A stretch of 32,000 nt of DNA. Origin: Polynucleobacter necessarius. GTDB taxonomy: Bacteria; Pseudomonadota; Gammaproteobacteria; Burkholderiales; Burkholderiaceae. The notes under the pieces are model-generated. The model worked only from the letters and a program-made list of their open reading frames with translations, was not told the origin of the DNA and did not search any database. This document shows, in pieces, positions 8,881-18,186 of the stretch; positions within the stretch are counted from its first letter, which is position 1, and each line of letters begins with the position of its first letter. The translations under genes and the position numbers were made by a program. Where the stretch lies: assembly GCF_900095195.1 (NCBI RefSeq), contig NZ_LT606950.1, positions 486,164-518,163 of the forward strand, read 5' to 3'.

Positions 8881-9726
8881 TTAGTGTTTACCACCAAGCG
8901 CCAAGGCCTTTTGAGCCAGCAACACTACCGGACGATCAATCATCTTCCCATCCAGCTTGACCGCACCGCCGTGCGAGGCGCGGTCGGCCTCGATAACGCG
9001 TTGAGCCCACCGTATATCCACCTCTGTTGGCATAAATGCTGCTTGCACAATAGTCACTTGCTTAGGATGGATACATAATTTACCACCAAATCCCATCCGT
9101 TTAGCGCGTTGTGCATCATTGGCAATGCGGGGGAGGCCGTCTGTAGAGGGTGTAACCCCGTCAATAGGAGGGGCAATCTGCGCGAGACTGGAAGCCAGCA
9201 CGATTTGATAGCGCGCGGTCTGCAATTCAGTTTCTTGCGTGTCGCAAACCATTCCGAGATCAGCCTGCAAGTCCAAATTTCCCAATGCAATACGAAGCAC
9301 TTGATTTGCGTTAGCAATTTCTCTGAGTCGATCCAATCCTATGGCAGTTTCAATCATCGGAATAATGGCGGTATTCGGCAACACTAAGGCGGCACCATTG
9401 ATCTGATCCAGCGATTCACTCTTGGGGATCAGCGTGCAGCCCATGTGCAATTCTTGTGCCAGCATTAAGTCGGCAGAATAAAACTTGCTTCCTGGAGAAT
9501 TGGTGCGAATGACTAAGCGTTTTCTTTGCTCGATAGAGAACGTAGACCACGCTTGACGAATGGCATTGCGAGCAACCTCTTTATCTTCTTCAGCAACAGC
9601 ATCTTCTAAATCCAAGACTACGGCGCCGGCACCGCTATCGAGTGCTTTCATAAAACGTTCTGGACGAGTACCAGGAACAAACAAAAAGTTTGAGCTAAGG
9701 CCCAGCGGGGTGTCTATAGGGTTCAT
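8881..9726 (-). CDS. CitE-like (HpcH/HpaI fold) acyl-CoA lyase: citryl-, malyl- or citramalyl-CoA lyase type
   Basis: 281 aa. LFVPGTRPERF, VVLDLEDAV (metal/substrate motif), IPMIETA and KLCIHPKQV are the conserved blocks of CitE-family lyases. It appears full length. Confidence 0.8.
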   Translation of the reverse strand: MNPIDTPLGLSSNFLFVPGTRPERFMKALDSGAGAVVLDLEDAVAEEDKEVARNAIRQAWSTFSIEQRKRLVIRTNSPGSKFYSADLMLAQELHMGCTLIPKSESLDQINGAALVLPNTAIIPMIETAIGLDRLREIANANQVLRIALGNLDLQADLGMVCDTQETELQTARYQIVLASSLAQIAPPIDGVTPSTDGLPRIANDAQRAKRMGFGGKLCIHPKQVTIVQAAFMPTEVDIRWAQRVIEADRASHGGAVKLDGKMIDRPVVLLAQKALALGGKH

Positions 9727-9732
9727 GAAGGC

Positions 9733-10370
9733 TTATGTTTGAGGAAGTAGAGCGTCTATCTTGGCTTGTTTACGAATATTCCACAAGCGATCTATGGCAA
9801 CTTGCATCTCCTGTGGATTGGCGCCACCGCTAAAAGCTGCTAGACGCAGGGCTTTGTCAGTGATTTCTGGGCGGGAGGGTGTATTGCCAGGATCACCTTT
9901 GGGTTCATCTACCCGACCATCCAATATTTGGCCATTCTGTAAATGGACTTTGACTTTACCAATCCAGCGTTGTGGATAGGCGCTGTCCACTTCAGAATCG
10001 AGTGTCATCGCGACCCGATCTCTAAATTGGCAGATTTCATCATCATGAAAATGGCGCTCAAATTCTTGTAAGCCAGCAAATTGATAGTGGGCAATAAGAG
10101 CGAGCACGGTTCCCATCGAAAACTTCGATTGGTGAACGGTTGCAGGATCAGTTACTGGACCCAAGACATCAATAGCACCCTGGTGAACCAGTGTTTCAAC
10201 TTTAGCAATATCACGCGGTTGAAGTTTGTTTTGGAGCATTACTTGTAAGAGAGCATCTGCGGCAGGGCGCGTACTGGGGCGGTAGTCACCGTGTCGGAAA
10301 GCGACTCGGTTTTTCCGAGCCACTCTTGAAGATGGGTAATGGTTTGAGGTTCGATTCGCATAAGATCCAT
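9733..10370 (-). pseudogene. MmgE/PrpD-family dehydratase with a large internal deletion
   Basis: The 196-aa ORF (9733..10323) is only the C-terminal domain of a family I recall as roughly 450 aa (...DPATVHQSKFSMGTVLALIAHY...DEPKGDPGNTPSRPEITDKALRLA). An N-terminus-like start (ATG 10370: MDLMRIEPQTITHLQEWLGKT) lies about 50 nt upstream in another frame. About 250 codons in between are missing. Confidence 0.7.
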
Positions 10371-10393
10371 TATGCCAATCTTGAAGAAAAAAC

Positions 10394-10790
10394 TTAGCCG
10401 ATCAAAATAGTGGCAATGTGGAGTAAAAGCCCTGCTAAGGCTGAGCCCCCTAAAACAGTTATCACCCCTTTTTGAAATTGAAAGAGTGCAAGGCCCGCTA
10501 ATCCGCAAATAGCAATTGAGAGCCAAGAAATCGAGCCACCTAGGCCGTGTGGGAAAAACACGTGGTACGCAAAAAATAGATCAAGGTTTGCAATCACACC
10601 AACCACCGCTGCAGTAATGGCACTTGACCGTAGGTGAGATAAACCCAGGATAGGCCGATCAATATCAGTAAAGAGGGCAAGACAAAGAGAGTGCCTGAAG
10701 GATGCCTCCCCAACTACGATGCATGAGCCAGCCTATTATAGGTAACAAGCTGTTGTGCTTCGGGCCAGGGTAATAGCATGCAGTAATTTA
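10394..10790 (-). pseudogene. chrA: Chromate transporter (ChrA/CHR family) remnant
   Basis: 70-aa C-terminal ORF (VVGVIANLDLFFAYHVFFP...QKGVITVLGGSALAGLLL). Upstream in other frames: [14 protein letters not shown] / [13 protein letters not shown] / TLFVLPSLLILIGLSWVYLTYGQVPLL. There is an in-frame TAG, two frame changes and an internal deletion junction near 10610-10620. The extreme N-terminus is absent. Confidence 0.7.
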
Positions 10791-10796
10791 TGGCAT

Positions 10797-10829
10797 GTAA
10801 AAAGCGTCGCTCAGAAATCCAGCGACGCT
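10797..10829 (-). terminator. Rho-independent terminator downstream of fabI
   Basis: Perfect 9-bp inverted repeat AGCGTCGCT (10803-10811) / AGCGACGCT (10821-10829) with a 9-nt loop. On the minus strand the hairpin is followed by a U-run (plus-strand A-run 10799-10803). About 87 nt past the fabI stop. Confidence 0.7.
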
Positions 10830-10915
10830 TCTCAACTAACTAATGAAGCTTAGCTTAGCCCAAAACTTGAGAGCTTGGCTAAATGAGATCGATGGCCCAG
10901 AAGATGCAGAACCGC

Positions 10916-11701
10916 TCAAGCATCTTCCATTCCGCCAATCACTTGGCTAAAGCCGTTATCAACATAAATAATTTTGGCAGTAATGCCGTTCGCTAAGTCG
11001 GATAACAAGAATGCAGCGGTATTGCCGACATCATCAATGGTCACATTGCGGCGCAGCGGGGCAGTTTGTTCAACAGCTTCGAGAATCTTGCCAAACCCTT
11101 TAATGCCGGAAGCTGCCAGGGTTTTAATTGGGCCGGCAGAGATGCCGTTTGCTCGAATACCTTTGGGACCCACGGAGCCAGCAAGATAACGGACGGACGC
11201 TTCCAGCGAAGCTTTTGCTAAACCCATGGTATTGTAGTTCGGAACATTCTTTATTGACCCTAAATAGGTCAGGGTCAATAAAGAGGATTTATCGCGTAGC
11301 ATCGGTAATGCTTCTTTTGCCATGGCAGGAAAGCTGTAGGCAGAAATGTCATGAGCAATTTTGAAGCCCTCGCGCGAGAGACCCTCTAAGAAATCACCAG
11401 CAATGGCTTCGCGTGGTGCAAAGCCAATCGCGTGCACAAAACCGTCAAACTGAGGCCAGGATTTCGCTAGGTCCTTAAATAGGGCGGAAATTTGTTCGTC
11501 ACTACCGACATCACAATCAAAAATCAGTTCGGAATTAAATTCTTTTGCAAAATCTACAATCCGATCCTTGAATCGCTCACCAACGTATGTAAAGGCAAGT
11601 TCAGCACCCTCACGATGGCAGGCCTTGGCAATGCCATAGGCTATCGAGCGGTTGGATAGAAGGCCGGTAATGAGGATTTTTTTGCCGGAGAGAAAGCCCA
11701 T
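10916..11701 (-). CDS. fabI: Enoyl-[acyl-carrier-protein] reductase (NADH) FabI
   Basis: [30 protein letters not shown]-binding N-terminus. Catalytic Y-x6-K in [29 protein letters not shown]. Collinear with E. coli FabI. Confidence 0.95.
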   Translation of the reverse strand: MGFLSGKKILITGLLSNRSIAYGIAKACHREGAELAFTYVGERFKDRIVDFAKEFNSELIFDCDVGSDEQISALFKDLAKSWPQFDGFVHAIGFAPREAIAGDFLEGLSREGFKIAHDISAYSFPAMAKEALPMLRDKSSLLTLTYLGSIKNVPNYNTMGLAKASLEASVRYLAGSVGPKGIRANGISAGPIKTLAASGIKGFGKILEAVEQTAPLRRNVTIDDVGNTAAFLLSDLANGITAKIIYVDNGFSQVIGGMEDA

Positions 11702-11751
11702 GATGTGTCCTTTGCTTCAAATATGATTTGCTATCTACAATTGTTGCATAT

Positions 11752-13620
11752 ATGCCAGCTCAGACCTTTTTTCGCGCAATCGCCCGCTTAATGCTTTTAA
11801 CCCTCTTGATGGGGGTGGGTTGCCACTCAGTATTGGCCAGCCAAGGGATCGCGCAGTACGGTAAGCCAAAGTATCCCGAGGGATTTGCTCACTTTGACTA
11901 TGTCAATCCCAATGCACCCAAGGGTGGCACCTTGGTTCTTCCTAACCCAGGGCAACGTACGAGTTTCGATAAATTCAATCCCTTTACCTTGCGCGGCATT
12001 TCTGCGCCGGGAATTGATTTGATGTTTGAGTCTTTAGCTGAAGGAAGTGCAGATGAAACCTCGAGCGTCTATGGATTACTTGCTGACAATATTGAAGTAG
12101 CAAAGGATCGTCGGTCTGTGACGTTTCATATTCGAAATGAAGCGAAGTTTTCTGATGGCAGTCCAGTGTTGGCTGCTGATGTGAAAGACAGTTTTGACAT
12201 GTTGATGAGTGGCAAAGCGCATCCACGTTACAAAACGACTTTTGCCGACATTGCAGCGGCGGTGATTGTGTCCGACCGGGTGGTGCGCTTTGAATTTAAG
12301 AGTGATAACTCGGAGCTGCCTATTCTGGCAGGAACGTTGCCGATCTTTTCGCGGAATTGGGGTAAGAAGCCTGATGGGACGATGATTCCATTTGACAAAA
12401 TGGCCTTTGAGCAGCCGATCGGAAGTGGCCCATACTTGATTGAGTCATTTAAAGCTGGAAAGTCTATAACGTATAAAAAGAATCCACAGTACTGGGCTAA
12501 TCAACTCAGCAAACCCTTAAACATCCGAGTTGGTTTCTATAACTTTGATCGGGTGCTCTATAAGCTCTACAGCGATGATGCGATTCGATTAGAGGCATTT
12601 AAAGCAGGAGAGTTTGATGCACTCGTCGAGTACCGCGCCAAGATTTGGGCGAAAGGCTATGTTGGTCCTAAGTTTGATAATGGCACGCTATTAAAGAAAG
12701 CATTTTTGAATTACAATGGCGCAGGCATGCAAGGTTTTGCGATGAATGTGCGCAAACCGCTTTTTCAGGATGCACGAGTTCGACAAGCATTGGGTTTAGC
12801 ACTGGACTTTGAGTGGCTAAATCGGCAAATCTTTTTTGATCAGTATGGCCGTATCAATAGCTTTTTTACGAATAGCGATTTGAGTGCGAATTTTGATGGT
12901 CCGCGTAAACCAACCGAAGCAGAATTGAAGTTACTTAGACCGCTTAAAGCAAAGTACCCACAGTGGGTTCCCGATGCGGTATTTGGCCCGATGCCTGCGC
13001 CGCCCTCAACGAAACCACCAGGAAGCTTAAGACAGAATTTACGTCAAGCACGCGAACTATTGATGCATGCTGGTTGGCAATATCGGGATGGTGCATTACG
13101 CAATGAAAAGGGTGAGCCCTTCCGAATTGAAATGGTGGAGAACGGCGGATTCTTTCTCCGAGTCCTATCGGCGTATGGACGTAACCTCGAAAAGCTGGGC
13201 ATTCAGTTGGATATTCGTACGAGTGACTTTGCTTTGTATCAAAAACGCATGAACGAATACGATTTTGATATGTCCACGGTGCGCTTTCAAGATTCACAAA
13301 ACCCTGGTAGCGAGCTATGGGACCGCTTTGGTAGTCAAGCCGCAAAAGAAAAGGGTTCTGACAATGTCATCGGCATTCAATCGCCGGTAGTCGATGCCTT
13401 GGTTGAGGAGATTACGAAAGCTCAAAATCGCAATCAATTGCAAACTGCTGCGAGAGCTCTCGATCGTGTGCTATGGAATAGTTATTACGTTGTGCCGCAG
13501 TGGTACAACCCCACCCATCGTGTAGCCTTCCGAAAAGAGATGCGCTGCCCAGAGCCACCTTTGTATTACCAAGCGGAATCTTGGATCATGCAGAACTGGT
13601 GGAAAGAAGAGGCTAAATAA
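11752..13620 (+). CDS. yejA: ABC transporter periplasmic peptide-binding protein, family 5 (YejA-like)
   Basis: About 620-aa SBP-5 protein with a signal peptide (RLMLLTLLMGVGCHSVLA). First gene of a yejABEF-ordered operon. I prefer the ATG at 11752 to the TTG at 11728. The stop overlaps the yejB start (TAATG). Confidence 0.8.
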   Translation: MPAQTFFRAIARLMLLTLLMGVGCHSVLASQGIAQYGKPKYPEGFAHFDYVNPNAPKGGTLVLPNPGQRTSFDKFNPFTLRGISAPGIDLMFESLAEGSADETSSVYGLLADNIEVAKDRRSVTFHIRNEAKFSDGSPVLAADVKDSFDMLMSGKAHPRYKTTFADIAAAVIVSDRVVRFEFKSDNSELPILAGTLPIFSRNWGKKPDGTMIPFDKMAFEQPIGSGPYLIESFKAGKSITYKKNPQYWANQLSKPLNIRVGFYNFDRVLYKLYSDDAIRLEAFKAGEFDALVEYRAKIWAKGYVGPKFDNGTLLKKAFLNYNGAGMQGFAMNVRKPLFQDARVRQALGLALDFEWLNRQIFFDQYGRINSFFTNSDLSANFDGPRKPTEAELKLLRPLKAKYPQWVPDAVFGPMPAPPSTKPPGSLRQNLRQARELLMHAGWQYRDGALRNEKGEPFRIEMVENGGFFLRVLSAYGRNLEKLGIQLDIRTSDFALYQKRMNEYDFDMSTVRFQDSQNPGSELWDRFGSQAAKEKGSDNVIGIQSPVVDALVEEITKAQNRNQLQTAARALDRVLWNSYYVVPQWYNPTHRVAFRKEMRCPEPPLYYQAESWIMQNWWKEEAK

Positions 13621-14696
13621 TGCAAGCTCAAATGCGCGCTTATATCATCAAGCGTTTATTGCTGATGATTCCAACGCTACTAGGGGTCTTAACATTAACC
13701 TTTGCAGTAGTGCAGTTTGTGCCCGGTGGCCCAGTAGAGCAGATGGTGTTAGAGCTCAAGGGTAAGGGTGATGCTGCCGTCGGTGGTGCCGAATCCTCTG
13801 GATCCGGAGCAACCTATCGCGGTCGACAAGGAATCGATGCGCAACGTTTAGAGGAAGTAAAAGCGCTGTATGGCTTTGATAAGCCGCCTCTCGAGCGTTA
13901 TTTCATGATGCTAGGTCGTTTTGCTACTTTTGATTTGGGGCAAAGTTATTACCAGCATGAAAGTGTCTGGCGTTTAGTGGTCTCTAAATTACCGGTGTCA
14001 ATCAGTATTGGGTTGTGGGCCTTCTTTATGACGTATTTAGTGTCGATCCCTTTGGGTATTACTAAAGCGGTGCGAGATGGCACCCGCTTCGATGCGGTAA
14101 CGAGCACGATGATCTTGGTGGGCTACGCTATTCCCGGTTTTGTTTTGGGCGTATTGCTCCTAGTAATTTTTGGCGGAGGAAGTTTTTTACAAATATTCCC
14201 ACTGCGAGGTTTAACTTCTGATGACTGGAGTGATCTTAGTGTGATGGGTAAGGTCATGGATTACTTATGGCATTTAGTGCTCCCCATTACTGCATCTGTC
14301 CTAGGAAGTTTTGCGGTGGTGACGATGCTGACCAAAAACTCATTCTTGGAAGAGATTCGTAAGCAGTATGTGTTAACTGCTCGAGCAAAAGGCCTGACTG
14401 AAAAACAAGTGCTGTGGAAGCATGTCTTTCGCAACGCCATGTTGCCCTTGGTTACCGGTTTTCCTGCTGCATTTATTGGTGCGTTCTTTACGGGTTCGCT
14501 CTTGGTTGAGACCTTGTTCTCATTAGATGGTCTTGGCTTACTCTCCTACGAATCTGTGATGCGGCGTGACTATCCCGTTGTATTCGGTACCCTTTATTTA
14601 TTTACCTTGATAGGTTTGTTCACCAAGCTTATTTCGGATTTTTGCTACGTTTATGTCGATCCTCGGATTCGGTTTGGAGCGGGGGGCGGTTCATGA
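13620..14696 (+). CDS. yejB: ABC peptide transporter permease YejB-like
   Basis: The N-terminus MRAYIIKRLLLMIPTLLGVLTLTFAVVQFVPGGPVEQ closely parallels E. coli YejB. BPD-transporter permease topology. Confidence 0.85.
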   Translation: MQAQMRAYIIKRLLLMIPTLLGVLTLTFAVVQFVPGGPVEQMVLELKGKGDAAVGGAESSGSGATYRGRQGIDAQRLEEVKALYGFDKPPLERYFMMLGRFATFDLGQSYYQHESVWRLVVSKLPVSISIGLWAFFMTYLVSIPLGITKAVRDGTRFDAVTSTMILVGYAIPGFVLGVLLLVIFGGGSFLQIFPLRGLTSDDWSDLSVMGKVMDYLWHLVLPITASVLGSFAVVTMLTKNSFLEEIRKQYVLTARAKGLTEKQVLWKHVFRNAMLPLVTGFPAAFIGAFFTGSLLVETLFSLDGLGLLSYESVMRRDYPVVFGTLYLFTLIGLFTKLISDFCYVYVDPRIRFGAGGGS

Positions 14697-15718
14697 GTCG
14701 TTGGCAGCGCTTTCGAAATAATCGTCGTGGCTATGCCAGCCTTTGGATCTTTCTGATTCTGTTTGGCATCTCGTTGTGTGCTGAACTCATTGCAAACGAT
14801 AAGCCTTTAATTGTTCGCTATGACGGTCATTTTTACTTTCCGATTGTGAAAAATCTTCCAGAGACTGCTTTTGGCGGAGATTTTGCAACCCCGACCGATT
14901 TCTTGGATCCCGATATTCGTCGCATCATAACGAGTAATGGCAATTGGGCAATTTATCCACCAATTACGTACAGCTATGAGACCTTAAATTATTTTTCTCA
15001 AGTTCCAAATCCAGCGCCACCATCCTGGCAAAACTGGTTAGGCACGGATGATCGTGGGCGGGATGTGCTTTCAAGGCTAATTTATGGCTCTCGCCTCTCG
15101 ATCTTATTTGGCTTAGCGCTCACCATTGTTGGTGTCACCGTTGGAGTAATTACGGGAGCGCTCATGGGATTCTTTGGCGGTAAGTTTGATTTGATTTCTC
15201 AGCGTTTGATTGAGATCTGGTCCGCAATGCCCGAGTTGTATTTATTAATTATCTTTGCATCCATTTTTAATCCCAGTGTTCTTTTGCTGATTGTGTTGTT
15301 GGCTGCTTTTGGTTGGATGGGTTTATCGGATTACGTTCGTGCAGAATTCTTTCGTAATCGTGCCCTGGAGTATGTTCGCGCCGCAAGAGCACTTGGCCTC
15401 ACAAATTTGCAAATCATGTGGTGCCACATTCTGCCCAATAGTTTGACTCCAGTGATTACTTTTTTACCGTTTCGCATGAGCGCGGCGATTTTATCGTTAA
15501 CGAGTTTGGACTTCTTGGGTTTAGGGGTTCCACCGGGGACGCCGAGTTTGGGAGAATTGCTATCGCAAGGCAAAGGAAATTTAGATGCCTGGTGGATATC
15601 CCTTTCCACCTTTATTGTTCTGGTTACAACACTGCTGTTATTAACATTTATGGGTGAAGCTCTGCGTGATGCTTATGACTCCCGTAAGGCAGGCCTGATG
15701 AGCGGAGGACGCTCATGA
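14693..15718 (+). CDS. yejE: ABC peptide transporter permease YejE-like
   Basis: MSRWQRFRNNRRGYASLWIFLILFGISLCAELIANDKPLIVRYDG is nearly collinear with E. coli YejE. The ATG at 14693 overlaps the yejB stop (ATGA). The ORF-track start at 14642 is an upstream in-frame extension. Confidence 0.85.
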   Translation: MSRWQRFRNNRRGYASLWIFLILFGISLCAELIANDKPLIVRYDGHFYFPIVKNLPETAFGGDFATPTDFLDPDIRRIITSNGNWAIYPPITYSYETLNYFSQVPNPAPPSWQNWLGTDDRGRDVLSRLIYGSRLSILFGLALTIVGVTVGVITGALMGFFGGKFDLISQRLIEIWSAMPELYLLIIFASIFNPSVLLLIVLLAAFGWMGLSDYVRAEFFRNRALEYVRAARALGLTNLQIMWCHILPNSLTPVITFLPFRMSAAILSLTSLDFLGLGVPPGTPSLGELLSQGKGNLDAWWISLSTFIVLVTTLLLLTFMGEALRDAYDSRKAGLMSGGRS

Positions 15719-17352
15719 GTTTGCTGCGTTATGAAGATCTTAGTATTTCCTTTGGCGCAGGGAGACGCGAGAAATTTGCCGTCAGTCATTTGAATTTAGA
15801 GATTGGGATTGGTGAGCGCGTCGCGCTTGTAGGCGAATCCGGCTCAGGCAAAACCTTAACAGCCTTAGCTCCTTTGAGGTTAGAGCCTGAAGGTGCAAAG
15901 GTAGCAGGTAAGATTCTCTGGAGCAAAAAAGAAGGTGATGGTGTCGTCGATTTGCTCTCGTTATCAATCGATGCGATACGTGCGATTCGTGGTCGTGAAA
16001 TAGCGATGATTTTTCAGGAGCCGATGACGGCACTCAATCCGCTCTTTACGATTGGCAATCAAATTATCGAGGCCGTTCAAATCTATCAGCCCTTGCTATC
16101 CAAAGCAGATTGCATTGATGCGGCAATCGATTTACTTAAAAAGACCGGAATCCCTGAACCCGAACGGCGGTTTTATTCCTACCCGCATCAACTATCAGGC
16201 GGTCAGCGTCAACGTGCCATGATCGCGATGGCATTGGCGTGTAAGCCGCGTTTATTGATTGCGGATGAGCCAACAACGGCATTGGACGTGAGTCTGCGTT
16301 TGCAAATTTTGGATTTGCTTAAAGAATTGCAAGAAGAATCTAAAGAGCATGGCGGCATGGGTATCTTGTTAATTACTCATGACCTGAATTTAGTAAAACA
16401 CTTTGCGCAACGGGTGGCTGTGTTAAATCAGGGTAACCTGATGGAGGTGGGCTCAACCAAGCAGGTGTTTGAACATCCAACAGATCCATACACAAAAGCA
16501 TTGGTCAACAGTGAACCTGTGCGGCAACTTGCTCCGGTGATGCCATTGGCTCCCGTGCTATTAAAAACGCAGGCATTATCCGTTGCTTATCCAGGTTCCG
16601 AGACAACTTCCTGGTTAAAAAAAGCGCCAGCACATAAAGTGCTGAAAAAAGTAGACTTCCATTTAAAGCAAGGTCAAACCATTGGTGTGATTGGCGAGTC
16701 TGGGTCAGGCAAGACTACGCTGGGTATGGCAGTGCTCGGCCTATTGGGCGATACTGCGGCGCAGGTAACGGGCGATGTTGATGTGCTGGGCAAAGATTGG
16801 CAATTACTTAAGCCGGCTGAACGTCGCGCGATGCGCTCTAGTTTGCAGGTGATCTTTCAGGATCCGTTTGGATCCCTATCGCCGCGCATGAATGTGTTGC
16901 AAATTATTGCTGAGGGGCTTGATATACATTACCCAAATCTTTCAGCAACTGAACGAGAAACGCGTGTCGTCGATATGCTGAAAGAGGTCGGTTTAGATCA
17001 CTCAGTATTAACGCGTTATCCCCATGAGTTCTCGGGTGGTCAACGTCAGCGTATTGCCATCGCACGCGCTTTAATTTTGCGCCCCCAGATTTTGGTGCTG
17101 GATGAACCTACCTCAGCATTGGATGTTTCTATTCAGAAACAAGTACTCGCTCTGTTGTCGGAATTGCGGAAGAAGTACAACTTGGCGTACCTGATGATTA
17201 GTCATGACCTGGCTGTCATTCGAGCCATGTCGCATGAAATCATGGTTCTCAAAGAAGGCAGGGTCGTTGAGTTTGGCGATACCGAAACCCTGATCAAGCA
17301 CCCCAAGCAGATCTATACCAAAGAGTTGTTTGCGGCGGCCGAGCGTTCTTAG
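15715..17352 (+). CDS. yejF: ABC transporter ATPase with two fused ATP-binding domains (YejF-like)
   Basis: Two complete cassettes: GESGSGKT / LSGGQRQR / LLIADEPTTALD and GESGSGKTT / FSGGQRQR / ILVLDEPTSALD. ATGA overlap with yejE. Confidence 0.9.
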   Translation: MSLLRYEDLSISFGAGRREKFAVSHLNLEIGIGERVALVGESGSGKTLTALAPLRLEPEGAKVAGKILWSKKEGDGVVDLLSLSIDAIRAIRGREIAMIFQEPMTALNPLFTIGNQIIEAVQIYQPLLSKADCIDAAIDLLKKTGIPEPERRFYSYPHQLSGGQRQRAMIAMALACKPRLLIADEPTTALDVSLRLQILDLLKELQEESKEHGGMGILLITHDLNLVKHFAQRVAVLNQGNLMEVGSTKQVFEHPTDPYTKALVNSEPVRQLAPVMPLAPVLLKTQALSVAYPGSETTSWLKKAPAHKVLKKVDFHLKQGQTIGVIGESGSGKTTLGMAVLGLLGDTAAQVTGDVDVLGKDWQLLKPAERRAMRSSLQVIFQDPFGSLSPRMNVLQIIAEGLDIHYPNLSATERETRVVDMLKEVGLDHSVLTRYPHEFSGGQRQRIAIARALILRPQILVLDEPTSALDVSIQKQVLALLSELRKKYNLAYLMISHDLAVIRAMSHEIMVLKEGRVVEFGDTETLIKHPKQIYTKELFAAAERS

Positions 17353-17498
17353 GGGTCGAAAATACCCTCGAAGTGGGCCTATTTTGGTGCATTGGGAGGG
17401 GTTCTCTGCGTTTTTTATAAGAAAAATGCTTATTAAACAGAGACTTATGATTGATCGAGGGTCTTGGTAAAGATCGGGTTCTTTGTTAAACTGGATCG

Positions 17499-18164
17499 AT
17501 GTCACTGAAAAAGACACTCCTTTTTTCGATCCTGGGTCTATCTCTCGGTCTTACGGTCTCGTTGCCAACGCTGGCTGCGGATGCCGTCTCCCCTGCTAAT
17601 GAGGCGACTACACCGTCTGCCGAGGCAATAGTTCCTAAAGAAAGTATGTTCCAGGCGGGGAGGGCGTACATCGCTCGTGTATCCGATCGGTTGGCGGATA
17701 CCGTGACGGAAAAATCCGACGAGTTGATTAATCGCGCCATGGAAGTGATTGGCGTGCGCTATCGCTGGGATGCTGAATTGCCGCAGTCAGGTTTAGATGG
17801 CAGCAGCTTCGTTGGTTATGTGTTCAAAGATAAATTGGGTTTTTTATTGCCACGCAAATCTACACAAATGAGTCGTGTTGGCAAACCGATTAGTCGCGAA
17901 GAACTGCAACCAGGCGACCTCGTTTTCTTTAACACCATGCGCTTAACGTTTTCACACGTTGGCATTTATGTCGGTGACAATAAATTTATACATTCACCAT
18001 CCAAGGGAACTGCTGTCCGCGTCGATGATCTTGGAAGCTTGTATTGGGATAAACGCTTTGATGGCGCCCGTCGCCTCGATGGCAGTGACAACTTAGATGA
18101 TGCAGAGCGTCAAGAGTTGTTAAACGAGGTGAAGAACCTCAAGCGCAAGTCTCATAGCCTTTAA
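17499..18164 (+). CDS. Secreted NlpC/P60 (C40) family protein; catalytic Cys position reads Gly
   Basis: Signal peptide MSLKKTLLFSILGLSLGLTVSLPTLAADA. NlpC/P60 core GVRYRW..SGLDGSSFVGYVF...FSHVGIYVGDNKFIHSP. The family motif is G(F/L)DCSG, but here codon 101 (17799-17801) is GGC (Gly). See findings. Confidence 0.8.
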   Translation: MSLKKTLLFSILGLSLGLTVSLPTLAADAVSPANEATTPSAEAIVPKESMFQAGRAYIARVSDRLADTVTEKSDELINRAMEVIGVRYRWDAELPQSGLDGSSFVGYVFKDKLGFLLPRKSTQMSRVGKPISREELQPGDLVFFNTMRLTFSHVGIYVGDNKFIHSPSKGTAVRVDDLGSLYWDKRFDGARRLDGSDNLDDAERQELLNEVKNLKRKSHSL

Positions 18165-18186
18165 GCTACGGCCTACAGGCCTGTTA

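Noticed and set aside
12944-13345. 133-aa minus-strand ORF inside yejA
   Set aside because: It is antisense to a well-supported SBP-5 gene, has no recognisable motifs, and looks like a shadow ORF.
17113-17740. Minus-strand ORFs 17113..17517 (134 aa) and 17486..17740 (84 aa)
   Set aside because: They are antisense to the yejF 3' end, the spacer and the NlpC/P60 signal-peptide region. No motifs and no plausible start context.
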